Shown in pieces: positions 39,790-52,532 of a DNA stretch of 64,000 bases. The stretch is from Callorhinchus milii (lineage: Eukaryota). The stretch's first letter is position 1. Every line of letters starts with the position of its first letter. The stretch covers positions 48,238,001 to 48,302,000 of the forward strand of contig NW_024704742.1 in the NCBI RefSeq assembly GCF_018977255.1. The letters are read 5' to 3'. The translations under genes and the position numbers were made by a program. The notes under the pieces are model-generated. The model was not told where the DNA came from, did no database searches, and saw nothing but the letters and a program-made list of their open reading frames with translations.

Positions 39790-40020
39790 TGCCAGGACGT
39801 ACGTGCCTGTAGCCCTGATTCTATCAGTCTCCAAGCTGCCCATTAAGACTGAACCAGGTGATGCACAGCCTTGTTGTTCTGCTTGACACTGAATTGTGTG
39901 TCAAATCCGCCTGGTCCATTGCCAAGCCTGCCTCCAGAACTTTGCCCACTTATATCCTTCCCTCACCTTGATGCTGCTGAAACTCTTATCCAAGCCTTTG
40001 TTAACTGGAAACCTGATTTT
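39790..40020 (+). mobile_element. Old L2 ORF2 fragment
   Basis: gctgctgaaactcttatccaagcctttgtt translates as AAETLIQAFV, an L2-type motif. Confidence 0.6.
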
Positions 40021-40424
40021 AATGCACAAAGGAAATTTATTGGAATATAAAGCAGTATACTTCTGCACACACTAAAAGTTTTTTTTATCCATGAGCATCA
40101 GTGGGAAAATTTTAATTTAGGATTACAATGCTGTGCATAAATTGACTGCTAGGTTTGCCTATAAATACTGACCCTTCACTTTGTAGCAATTACCTGTGAA
40201 GTGCTTTCGCATATTCTGATGTTGTCAGATGCCATGTCAAATGCAAAGATTAATATTAAAGAAGTTAATTACATAGTCTTTTGCCTCTCCAGGGAACGTA
40301 ACTATAATTATGTGTTTAGGGTCTGAGGAAAGGAAGAGTGTTGACCAGTGTTGAGAAGCTGATGTACAGAAGGGCTCTTGTAGAAATTAGCTTGCATTTT
40401 AGGTAGTTTTGTTCTTCTTCTTAC

Positions 40425-40503
40425 CACGGATCTCCAAGGGATCTGCGCACTCAGGCTTCGTAGAATGCAGGTCTGCACTGGTGCTTCTCTTCACATAAGC
40501 CAT
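40425..40503 (-). CDS. Candidate alternative first coding exon (MAYVKRSTSADLHSTKPECADPLEIR, phase 1)
   Basis: ataATGG Kozak context, 26 codons + G, donor GTG|gtaaga, CpG-containing non-repeat sequence. Confidence 0.4.
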
Positions 40504-41841
40504 TATATTACATCTCACTCTCCTGTTTGTTGAGTCTGGTGGGATTGGTTGTTTATTGAAGCAGAGTTCTCAGGGGTTGGCAATGATATCTATGAAGTTT
40601 TCTATAGTAGATGTACTTTGAGCCAGGGGTGTGTCTTGCAGCACTTGTGCCTTTTATGCTGCCATTCTGCCAATGGAGCACTTTTTCAATCCCAAAAATA
40701 ACTTTGTATGGATCATAAATGAGGCCAGAGTTGAAATATTGCATGCGGTTTAAGACATCCTACTTCAAAAGGGCAATAGATGGATAATCAAAAAGCACTT
40801 GGTGACGTGATAAAACCACAAGCAATAATTATCACATCACATACACATTTCATCCGATTGATACATTGGAAAAAATTCAAAGAATAAAAGAGGATGATTC
40901 AAGGAAAGAAGATTTGGGTGGGGTAATACAGTCCACCATTTGGCAAACTGTGAGAGACAAGGAACATTCCCTCTAAGAGAGTCAATGATAAAAATAACTT
41001 GCATTTATAAAGTGCCTTTCATGTCAAATACATTTCTCAAAGAGTCTTAGAAAATATGATTGATTCAGAATGAAGGTAGTGTTATCCAGAACAATGTAGC
41101 AGCTACACTGCTTCAGTAGCATACCCTCAACAGCAATGAGCAGCCAATTCATTTACATTTGTGAGTAAATTTGCCTGCGAAAAGCACAGTCGCTGCACTT
41201 TACAGTAAAATCCTGTGAAGGGCTTTGAGAGATCTTTACAACGTGAAAGCTACTATATTACATGCAAGAATTATTTATTCATTTATTACATTTAGATTAA
41301 GAGGGGATATACACATCCATGAAAGAAAAAGCTACTCGCCTTAAGAGCGCTCATACAGGTCTGTCAAGGCATAACTAGAGCTTTTGCAGAAAGAGTGAGT
41401 TAAGATGCTAGACAAGAAATACAGGTTAAACAGTTTCCATACCATTCATTTGCCAAGCAGAGTGCTACAGGAAGAGATTACTGTAAAATGCGGAGTGTAT
41501 ATATACACCCAGAACACACAATTGGATTGTTATTTAATTAAAGGAACAATAAAGGATTCCTGTAATATTGGGTAGACATCTACGTTATTCAACACATACT
41601 GCGTATGACTTGACCCGGAGAACGCTGTCAGTGCACTTACATATATTATGTGCAGCTTTGTTGGGAGCAATTCCATACACCAGCCATTGCGTCTCTCGAG
41701 AGCACAAACCCACGCTACCCATTTGCCTGATGATCAACATAACCTTCTCCTGTTTCTTATGCTTGACTCCATTTCTAATCAGCAGAGTGCACAATAGCAC
41801 GATCCGTGACAAGATATCACAATCACATTACAAAATCACAA

Positions 41842-42262
41842 AATGCAAAATACTATTGCAGATGCTAGAAATCTGAAACAAAAACAGAAGTCGCTGGGAA
41901 CACTCAGCAGGTCAGGCAGCAGCTATGCAGAAAGGAAAGTGAGTCAACGTTTTGGGTCCACGACCCTTCGTCAGAACTGGGGCATGTTGAGAGGGAGAGG
42001 CTTTTAAGGATTAACAGAAAGTGGGGAGGCAGGACAAGGAAGACAAAGGAGAAAATGGGGTAGAGGGCAGGGGATGATGGGTTAAAGAGGTGTTAATAAT
42101 GCAAAACAAAGGGGGGCAAAAATTGCAACAAACTTTTTCTCTCTCTCTGCTCTGCCTATTTTGTTGCAATTCCCCCCCTACACTTTGTTCTGACCTGCTG
42201 AGTGTTCCCAGCAACTTCTGTTTTTGTTTCAGATTTCCAGCATCTGAAGTATTTGCATTTTG
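41842..42262 (-). mobile_element. Penelope-like element with inverted end structure and a mutated hammerhead (41942-41978)
   Basis: 41842-41915 is inverted relative to 42190-42262; same family as 5657-5788; flanking direct repeat ATTACAAAATCACAA. Confidence 0.7.
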
Positions 42263-43184
42263 ACCAGATTAAAAAATATTACAAAATCACAACATTGGTT
42301 TGGATGAAGAAGAGCCTTTAGCCCATCCGATCTCATCCTTCCAGAACACCCACCCTACTGTCTTCCTATTACAGCACCAAACTGCTTTTTAAATGAGTCC
42401 AATGTCTTGACCCCAACCATCCTCCCTGGTAATATGCTTCAGTCGTTAATTACCCTCCGAGTAAAGAAACATAGCCTACAGTTGCTGATAATATCAAACC
42501 AACCATGAAATGAATGACCAATCTCTGAATGTTGGCTAAGACACCTCTTCTCAAATAGTGTTAACGTCCATTTAATGGGACCTTGGTTTAATATCTGATG
42601 TAAAAGCACCTTTGATAATACAGTACTGTCCCCACTACTGTACTGGTGCGACAGTCTAGACTAGGAGCTCAAGTCCCGACACAGGGCCTGGACCCACAAC
42701 TTTTTAAATGAGGAGCAACTAATTGAGCTGAATGAGAAGTTACTAACTGAGCAAAAGTTACTCATATAACAGAGAGAGGGAGATTGGAACCAAGAAATGA
42801 GAAGATCACTTATCACACAATGTTGTCTTTAGTTCCTCATCCAGGAAGAGGTACTTTAAAGATGTAGGAGTAGGATCTAAATCTTGAACAAAAGTGGGCT
42901 TTATAGAGTGTTAAAGCTGAACACACAGTAAAAGCAGCTGTCCCACTAGCTATCAATATACCAATTTTCATAGTTGTCTCTTGCTTTTTGATTTGCTTGA
43001 AAATCTCCCAAAATGTCTTCACTGCCACTTGATGGTAACATATACTTGGTGCTGTTGTTATTTTGGCTGCAGAATTTCAAAGACTAACTCCATGTGATTG
43101 TGCTAATTACAACATTTTAGCCACCCAATTTCTTGTTTGTAATATTGTGCGATTGAAAGGATTATGTTTTTCTGGGTTATATAA

Positions 43185-43496
43185 TAATAATAATCATTGC
43201 ATTTGATATAGCAACTTATCACGGCTTCAAGATGTCTCAAAGCGCTTTACAGAATATACTGTAAAGTGAATTGAGCACAGCAGTTTCCCACAAACAGTCG
43301 TGGATTGAGTGACCAAATTATTTTTATTTATTTTGAAGGAATTATTATCTCCGGAAAAGTGATCCGCCGATCGACTAACAACTACTTACTACTAGGTAAA
43401 CAGAGATGTGAGGAGTAACGAAACTTGTCAGGAACCGAACCTAGGACTTCACGCTTGCGAGGCGAGTGCTCTAACCACTAAGCTACAGGATTCCAC
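43185..43496 (-). mobile_element. tRNA-derived SINE, longer subfamily
   Basis: Head gcgagtgctctaaccactaagctacaggattccac; tail taataatcattgcatttgata. Confidence 0.85.
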
Positions 43497-46198
43497 ATCT
43501 ATATCATGGTGAACACTGGATTAGCACCTTCGGGACACATAAAGGGAGCTATACAGATCCAAGGAACAGATCAAGATAAGTCTGCTTCACAGACCATCTA
43601 TTGCCACAAACTAGTTCAGGAATAAATACATTTGTGCAGATATTTACGTTTGTAAATCAAAGGGAACGGAGTAAGTCTGAAATGAAAACTAATATTTCCA
43701 CCTCATACTCACATGCACTGTTCTGCTTTAGTAAGCTTCTTGTACACTCATTCTTAAACCAACTGATGTATTTTGTAAAAATGATGCTCCTTTAAATCAA
43801 GCTCATAGTCCAGATTCACTCTTCAATCCGGTACTGGGGAAATGCTGATTGTCAGAGGTGCTATCCTTGGGATGGGATATTAGAGATCCCATAGCTCTAT
43901 TCAGAAAGAGTATCTCCTAATGTCCTGGCCAACAATCCCCCGGTAAAATTGGTGTGCAAATTGGTTGCCGCATTTGCCTACAAAATACACAGTCACTGCA
44001 TTTTGCAGTTAATCATGTGAAGTGCTTTGAGATGTTTCGACAAAGTGGTAAGGTTCTACATCAAATTCAAGGATTATTATTAGTATAACTGTCATACATG
44101 AATGTGTGGTAAGTATATTTATAACAGCATTATAGCATTAAACAGGTGAAATGTCATGCTTTCCCACTTTCTAAATAGAAATTTGCTCCCATTTTCTCAT
44201 TCTGGGCTAGATTTCCACTGGTGCTAGCAACCATTCAGAACTTCAACAAGGTGGCCATTCTTCATATCTGCACCTCGGTGGAGAATGTCAGTAGCTATTA
44301 GACATGGGGAGGTATCATAGCCAACCTCAATCCTTACCTCACTCTCGCACTTTTCCAAATTTTCCAACAGGACTCACTGTATAGTGATCGCTGGCTTACT
44401 TTTCTCCTCCCTAACTCAGGGGCACAGAGGGAAATGATAGTGCCCTTGCTTGGGATCATATAACATAGCACAGACTAATGATGGAATGGAGGACCTTTCT
44501 AGTTTGCAAAAGCTCAGTTCCAAATTGGGTAATGAGTTCTCATTTAGTTTTAATATCTTGCACTTCCTCCTTTCTGTTAACTATCATTGGAATTTAATAC
44601 GCTGCAATTATATTCAGTAATAGTGTCCGTGGACTCTGAATCACAAATAACAATCCCTGCCATTGATTAGCAATGTCTCATGTTGACCTGGGGGAACTCT
44701 GCTCCTTCGTGCCTGGAAGTTGACTGTGGAGTTCCCATGGGTCGTCCTGATGCACAAATGGCTACCAGCATCTCCAACTTGGAGTCACTAATCCTTACTC
44801 CAATTACAAATGATCATATTGTTCTTTAACTGAGGTGGGAGCAGTAGGCAGTTCAAGTGATATTAGACTATAGTACTACAGTATTTGGAAAAAGAAGGAA
44901 GTCACTTCCAGTGTTCTAGCCAATGATCCTCCAAATTAATGTGAAAATTCACCTCAATGGTTGTTCATGGGACATTGATAACGCAGCTACCTATAAAACA
45001 ATGACTACATTTCACAGTCATTACATGTAAAGTGCTTTGACATGTTTCAATGGGATGAGGTGTCATCAGCATGTTCTTTCTTTGAAGCCCAATCTTGTCC
45101 TCCCTGAACATCCCTGATACCCTTCCAGGTAGTCACTGGAGAATGATCAAGAACATTGATGGCTGATATTTAGCCCTTCTTGACTCCAGAGTCCAGAGAC
45201 CAATTGTGCCTCTTGACTACACCATGGCTGAGATCAGCTCACTGTACAGTCCACGGACATAAATAGAACCTTTTCAGATCTATCTGGGTCATTGGCAAAA
45301 CACAATGTATTCATCCATTAAGCCATACGTACTATATTTTAATACAAGAAAAATTAGCTTCCATTTTGCCCAGAAGAAATAAAAATGTTTCATTCATAGC
45401 CGCTGGTCAAACCAATTGTGACTGGTTTAATACCAAATCAACACGTGGCCAACAAGTGGAAAATTGGTTCCTGTATTTGCTGTAGTGCCAATTGTTAATG
45501 ATGCTTGTGTTCAAATTGATTTTGACCAGGTTTTGCTGAAAAGGACTTGTTGAAGAACAAATGAAGGAGTCATTGTGTATCAGGTCATATGTCGGCAAGT
45601 TGGGTTGCTGTGATGAACAATGTCCTTTCAAACTTGAGGAGGAAAATATGCCATTCCATTACTGGTAACATCCCTCTCAATGACAGTTGGTGTTAGAGAT
45701 GAACACCTCCAACTGTGTCAAAATGATTGGGCTTAAAACAGCTTGCATTCCCTATCGAACTGGTTTCTTGAGCCATGGTATCTTATTACTGCTTTGCAGA
45801 CTACCGGCTTTATTCAAATTGAAAGTTTGATTATAAAACGCTAATAACAAGTTGTCATCATAAATTATATAATTACCTAAGTCATACATGTACCCGAGTC
45901 CCATTCAGTTTCCTACAAAAAATACTCATAGATTTCTTTGCACTAGTCGTATTTTACAAGTTGGATGAATGGCTAATTCATAACAGTTTCTTGGTCCCTA
46001 TTTCCTAATGAAAATCATCTTCTCACTCATATTGTCACACCTACTGGCTGCATTGATGAAGTACCAGATGTGCAGTGCTATGTTTCAAACACTAAAGCTC
46101 CAAAGACAGCTTGAGGGACTCTACTTATTCTTTGCTTAAGAATGTCAAGTGGACATCTTTGTAATAATGTAGAAATTTAAATAATATTTTTTACATTG

Positions 46199-46510
46199 TG
46201 GAGTCGTGTAGCTCAGTGGTTAGAGCACTCGCTTTGCAAGCGAGAGACCTGAGTTCAATTCCAGGCAGGGCAAGTTTCCTTACTCCACACGCCTAATAAT
46301 AATCCCTCCAAAAAACAAAAAAACAATAATAAATTGGTCATTTTCAATCTACGACTGTTTGTGGAACATTACTGTGCACAATTGGCTGCCGCGTTCGCCC
46401 ACAAATATACATTCAATTCACTTTACAGTGTGTTCTGTGAAGCGCTTTGGGACGTCCCCCCGACGTGAAAAGTGCTATATCAAATGCAAGGATTATTATT
46501 ATTATTATTT
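46199..46510 (+). mobile_element. tRNA-Ala-derived SINE, full length
   Basis: Near-identical to 23862-24183 with a small deletion after the head. Confidence 0.92.
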
Positions 46511-47425
46511 ATCACAAGAGGTGCTGGTTCTGAAAGCACTAACGTGTCACAAAAGAAACTGATACATAATTTGACTAGTCTTATTAAGTTGACTGATATG
46601 ACTTATGCAAGTTTACCTGTAATAATAATCCCCACATTTGACCATAGTGCCTCATCACATAGTGTTAAAGTGCTTGAACGGATTTACTGTGAAGTGTAGT
46701 GACTGTGTAGTGACAAATGCGGCAGCCAGTTTGAGCACAACCATATCCCGCCAGCAACCACAAAGTGATAGGATCATTTTTATCTGGGGGATAGTTGGCC
46801 AGGACACCAGGAAAACTCGCTTTATCACATTATCACATCAGACATCACAATTTTCATCCCATATTATCTAGAGGAGCCAACTCTGTTCAAACATTTAGCA
46901 GTGGTCAAGCTAACACCAACTCTCCCAATTCGGAGGTACAATACAATATATGTTTATATAACTACTTTCAAATTGAGAGGACAAGTTGTCTCAAAGCTCT
47001 TCAAAGTGCTGGCTGGGCAGCCAAGTTGTGGGTGAGAGCTGAGGGGAATGGGAAAGATCACCAAAAGCATGGTCAGAAATTGGATTATTAATAAATTGCT
47101 GTGCTGGTCTGCAGTTGTGCTACACAGAACATTTCTACGTGAGGCTTTATATAACTGTAGCTCATGCATCAAACACAGTGCCCGTCCATGGGTCTGAAAA
47201 AAATTCCACAATGTATTACTGCATAGCAGAGTGGTGTGACAAGGATCAAGAGATTAGAGGTAATTTTGCTTAACTCCAGCTTCAGATTGCACGTTGGGTA
47301 GGAAAATATTTGCTGGTTCAGGAGCTAATATCTTCGCTGATAAATATATTTTCCTTTGGACTAAAAATGTTTTACTTTTATATGTTTTGCTCCTGTAATA
47401 GGTTAAGAATTAATTAATGTGTTAC

Positions 47426-47482
47426 CTCAAATTCATTTCATGGCTTATACAACATCCAATATCAATATCCTTAACATCCATC
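47426..47482 (-). CDS. Candidate 57-nt exon (phase 2-2: MDVKDIDIGCCISHEMNL)
   Basis: ttgcacttgctgttctgtag|G...GAG|gtaaca; open frame. Confidence 0.3.
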
Positions 47483-47596
47483 CTACAGAACAGCAAGTGC
47501 AAATAATACAAAGTCCCAAAACAGGTTGTGCAAAATAAATAAATGCTGTGCAAACATTTCTCACTATAACTGACATCAGTGGTTACCCCAAAGCTG

Positions 47597-47730
47597 GGAA
47601 AGAGAGGAGGAGGGAGAGGGGTAAGAGAAGACATGGAGAGGGAAAGAGAGGAAGAGAAAGAGGAAAAGGAGAGGCAGAAAACAGGAGGAGTGAGAGAAAG
47701 GGAGCAGGGACGGGAGAAGGGGAGAGAGAT
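47597..47730. repeat. GA-rich low-complexity tract
   Basis: Almost purely purines on the + strand. Confidence 0.8.
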
Positions 47731-48787
47731 GACATATCTTTGCACTGGCAACAACAACAACAAAAAGATTACATTTGTATAGTGTCTTTCACGTCAGGAG
47801 GACGTCCCAAGGCGCTGAAGAGAAAGTGTTGCTTAAATTAAAATCACCCAAAACATCTGTAAGAAAAGGAGAAGGCTCTGCAAAGCATGCTGAAAACCAC
47901 AGGCTTTCCTTTTGATATTAAAGAGAAAGCTTTTGAGGAGAGGGATTTGTCAATCTTTTTGTCTTTGGGAGAAGAGGTGATTGCCGTTGCCACGTCGGTA
48001 GTTTGCACCCTGTGTTTCCATCCAATTTGCTTTGTCACAATGCATGATAAATATCCCCACCACTATCAGCCCCCATCCTCAGTTTAGGTGTCAAGCCAGG
48101 ACTGTTAAGCAGCCTGGGACATCCTCCCAACACGAAAGGCACTACAGAAATGTAAATTTGTATTGGAAATAGCAAATAAAATAAATGCCAGACTCTTTTT
48201 CCTGAGGATAGATGCTGACTATACCTTCACCAGCGCAACCATGTTGAGACATACCACCTGCCCAGCGCATGTGAGTTATCCTGGGCACACATGGCGTAAC
48301 ACAGGCCAGAAACTTTGAAAGCTGCACAGTCTGACCCTACCATTGTGTTCACAGCTGTACACACTGAGTGGTGGTACACTTCCTGCTGAGCAGGATATAG
48401 CAGGATACAGGCAGCACCATCTGCATACAACACCTGCAGTCATCAAAATTCCCCCTCCCCTCCAGCTCCTGGCAAAACAAATTTGAAATACCTGAAGTGA
48501 TTCAGGAGAGGAGATGGCCATCTGAGAAACACATAATGTTCTGTTGTAAGGCACAAAATGTTTCCACTTAATTATCCTTTCCCTCTGCGCCGATCAGACT
48601 TGATTTACAATTCTAACAATTGAAGTGAAATTTCAACAGCTTTAAAAAGTTTGTTTCCGAACAATCTCAAAATAAATGTTTAATATTTTGGACAAGCTGA
48701 AAGTCTGAAGGTTTTGATGCCAAACCTCCTTCATTCAAAGTGAAATTGAACTTGCAATATTTTTTTACTGTGAAATTACGGGTTCAT

Positions 48788-49190
48788 AAACACACACACA
48801 GCCATACACGTATACATACACACATGCGTGCACACACGTATACACACACAGCTACCCACACATATGCAAACACACAAAACCATACATACCATATCCACAC
48901 AAATGGACACACACCACTCACAAACATGTGCAACCCCACACACATGTATCACCTACACACACGCGTGTATACATAAACGTAGGCCCTCTTCCACAAACAC
49001 ACAGCCATATATACACAATACCCACATGTTATACACACGCACACATGTCATGCTCACATGCATACATACATACCACCACCAATACCAAAAAAATGCAACC
49101 ACACACCATACACACCCACAGATAAATCACATACACCGGACACATAAACAGACAGAGCCACAAACATCCCATACGCGCACACAAGCAAAA
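48788..49190. repeat. Degenerate (CA)n-rich simple repeat
   Basis: About 400 bp of cacacacat-type sequence. Confidence 0.9.
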
Positions 49191-49914
49191 ATGTACATTG
49201 TAATGATGTTTGAGAAATAAATGAAATTTCAAGATCCTAAGGAGAATAGATAAACTCTAATAATATGCTTAACATATGTTAGTAATACTTTAGGATGCTT
49301 TGAGATGTCTCAACTAAATGATAAGGCACTGCATCAAATGCAAGGATTATTATTATTAAAGGGGACATTGATTCAAGCTCAGGAGAGAAAAGGTGAACAG
49401 ATATCATAGTTGTAACTAGTTTACACAAGTGGTAAATACAGTAAGTAGAATGGATTACCCAGGGAGGTGGTGCTGGCATATTGTGTCAGTATTCTTGAGG
49501 GAATGAGATAGCTACTGTATGTAGTGAGGTGAATGGTTGAGGGGAATGACAGATCAAGTTGAAAGATATTTTTTAAATTTTGGAAGCGGGCGGTGTTACA
49601 CATTCCTATTTGACTGGCATAAGATTCCAGTATACAGCCTGGCCTTTACTGGCAAATATAGAGGGCTTTTTACTTCTAATAAAATGCCAGAGCTTGTTGA
49701 CAAAAGAGCAATTAAATCTTTCAACTCTCTTCAAACCTTCCGTATTGCAACTCCTGAAGCCAGAAACCCACTGGCACAGCAAGGCAGCAAAGACAGCACA
49801 TCTAACCGCTTGTCACAGGCGACAGGACTAGTCATCCACGCTCACTCTCTAATCTAATATGAACTGTATGTACCCTCTGTTGTGAATCACAAGGACTGTG
49901 TGTAAGAACTTGTT

Positions 49915-50280
49915 CAGTAATCTTTGCATTTGATGCAGCGTCTATAACTTCAAAACATTTCAAAATGCCTAACAGGTATTTAATGTCAAACGTAGCAACT
50001 GTTTCGCAAGCAGTTTGGTAGCCAGTTTGTGCACAACAGGATTCCACGCATTTTATTTGGGGGATTGTTGACCAGGAAACTGAGAGAAACTCCCTTCTCT
50101 TTTTGAATAATGCCACTGGATCTTTACGTCCGCTTGAACAGGCAGACAGAATGGCAGTGAAGGACGGTACCTCTAACGATCCTAGCAATCCCTAGCACAC
50201 CATTGGAATGTAAGGCTGACTTTTGAGCTCAAATCCCAACGTGGGTTTGATCCCATAACCTTCTGACCCAGTGTTACCAA
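49915..50280 (-). mobile_element. Deu-domain SINE
   Basis: Tail, core and head as in other copies. Confidence 0.7.
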
Positions 50281-51339
50281 CCCTGAAGGGTAATTACAAT
50301 AAAAAGGCAACCAAACAAATCTGTATTTATACCTTTGTATAATAGTCTTTCCTCCCTGTTTTAATCTTTCGTATCAAATAGATTAAATAACTTTACAACT
50401 CCTGGAACTGGCCAAGAAGGTGGAGCCCACATTCACCTGAAGGTTGCTGAAGGTGACCAATCTAGTGAGCAACATGTTAGCAGATACTCCCTCAGAGCCT
50501 GTCAGAAACAGGCTAAACAAATCGTCCTTACAACACTTAGCTCAGAATTTGACCTCCAAAAAGACTTCAACTTTTCAACCGTTAAGTGTATTATAAGCAT
50601 TAAGTCATGGTTGTCAACTGGTTGTTCATAAAGTGTGGGTTTGAAAGGAATAGTTCTCCAAATACCAGTGTTTACTGGCTAGTTGAGAACCCCCAGATAA
50701 AATTGATTATTCATTTTATAGTTGTATATAGGATATTACAGTGCATAAATTGGCTGCTATGTTCACCTACAAAATACCCAGTCATTAGTCATTACAGTTT
50801 ACAGTAAATCCTGTGAAGCACTTTCAAATGTCGTCCTCATGTGAAAGGTACTATATCAATTGCAAGGATTATTATCATTTATTATTTTAATTTGGTGACA
50901 AGTCAAATATCTTGTGCTTGCAGCATCCACTGATTACAATATTTTAATATTGTTTATTTTATATTGTTATTTGAATTGTTCAGCCCCTTCCAAAACACTT
51001 GTTCACAATTTTTTGTATTGATCAATGGTAAATTCTAAACATGTACTTTATGCTTTGTTGCCCATATACCAGAAAACAAGCTTACACAAGCAAAAATAAG
51101 CACAAGAAATATCAGCAGGGCTCTATCACCAACCTCCACAGCTGCACAGCTGGGAGGAAGGGTCCCTGCCTTAGATCTTGTCTGGCCAAAATAAAGCAAT
51201 AAAATTTGCAATGTTCCTTACTTAAATCAGTGTCCTGTGAAACACAGTACTCTGCAGTCTGCAACAATGATGGTGACTACCATTTAGCAAGATGCTCATT
51301 ATTCATATCTGAGTTTTGACGGGAGACCTGGAACCATAT

Positions 51340-52532
51340 ACTCGTGGATGGAAAAAAGTGTCAAACATTTTTCAGGAAAGAAGGAGGAAGAGGGTATTCC
51401 CCAGTGGTCAGTATTGGGATCACTGCTGTTTCTGATCTACATAAATGACCCGGACTTGGATATAGGGAGTACAATTTCCAAGTTTGCAGATGATACTAAG
51501 CTAGGAAAAGTAGTAAACAGTGAGGAGGACAGTAGCAGACTGCAAGAGGACATAGACAGACTGGTAAAATGGGCAGACAGGTGGCAGATGAAGTTTAATG
51601 TGGAGAAATGCGATCTGATGCATTTTGGGAGGAAGAATGAGGAGAGGCAACATAAGCTGATGGTACAATCTTAAAGTGGGTGAAGGAACAGAGAGACCTG
51701 GGGGTTCATATAAGCAAATCTTTGAAGGTGGCAGGACAGCTAGATAGAATGTTAAAAAAAGCTTACAGGCTACTAGGCTTTATAAATAGGGGCATAGAAT
51801 ACAGTGGTCAGGAAGTTATGACAACCTTTATAAAACACTGGTTAGACCTCAGCGCGAGACTGTGTTCAGTTCTGGGCCCCACACTTTAGGAAGGATGTCA
51901 AGGCATTGGAGAGGGTGCAAAGGAGATTTGCCAGGATGGTACCAGGAATGAGGGACTTCAGTTATCAGGAGAGGCTAGAGAAGCTGGGATTATTCTCCTT
52001 GGAGCAGAGAAGGTTAAGAGGAGACTTAATAGAAGTTTTCAAAATTATGAGGTGATTCGATGAGGTGAATAAAGAGAAACTATTTCCACTGGCGGGTGAG
52101 TAGGTAACTAGAGGGCACCGATTTAAAATAGTTGTTAAAAGAAACAGAGGGGAGATGAGGAGAAATTTTTTCACACAGCGAGTTGTTCAGCACTTTGGGA
52201 CGTCCTCCCGACGTGAAAGGCACTCTATAATGGTAATTTTGTTGTTGTTGTTCAGATCTGGAATGCATTACCTGAAAGGCTGGTGGAAGCCGATTCGATA
52301 ACAACTTTTAAGAGAGAAGTAGATAATTATTTGGGGAGGACAAGTTTGCAGGACTATGGGGAGAAAGCGGGGGAATGGGATTGATTTGGAGGGTAGTAGC
52401 AGATTGCTCATTTTACCAGTCTGTCTATGTCCTCTTGCAGTCTGCTACTATCCTCCTTTTCAAAGAGCCGGCACAGACATGATGGGCCGAATGACCTCCT
52501 TCTGTGCTGTATAATTCTATGATTCTATGATA
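51340..52532 (+). mobile_element. CR1 LINE 3' fragment with two small insertions
   Basis: GIPQWSVLGSLLFLIYIND...ISKFADDTKLG...WQMKFNVEKC; tail ttctatgattctatga. Confidence 0.95.

Noticed and set aside
48740..49232. His/Thr-rich ORFs
   Set aside because: Artefacts of the (CA)n-rich repeat.
52387..52410. Resemblance of the hairpin 5' arm to let-7 (GAGGTAGTAG)
   Set aside because: The seed region is disrupted and the rest does not match; let-7 is near-invariant in vertebrates.
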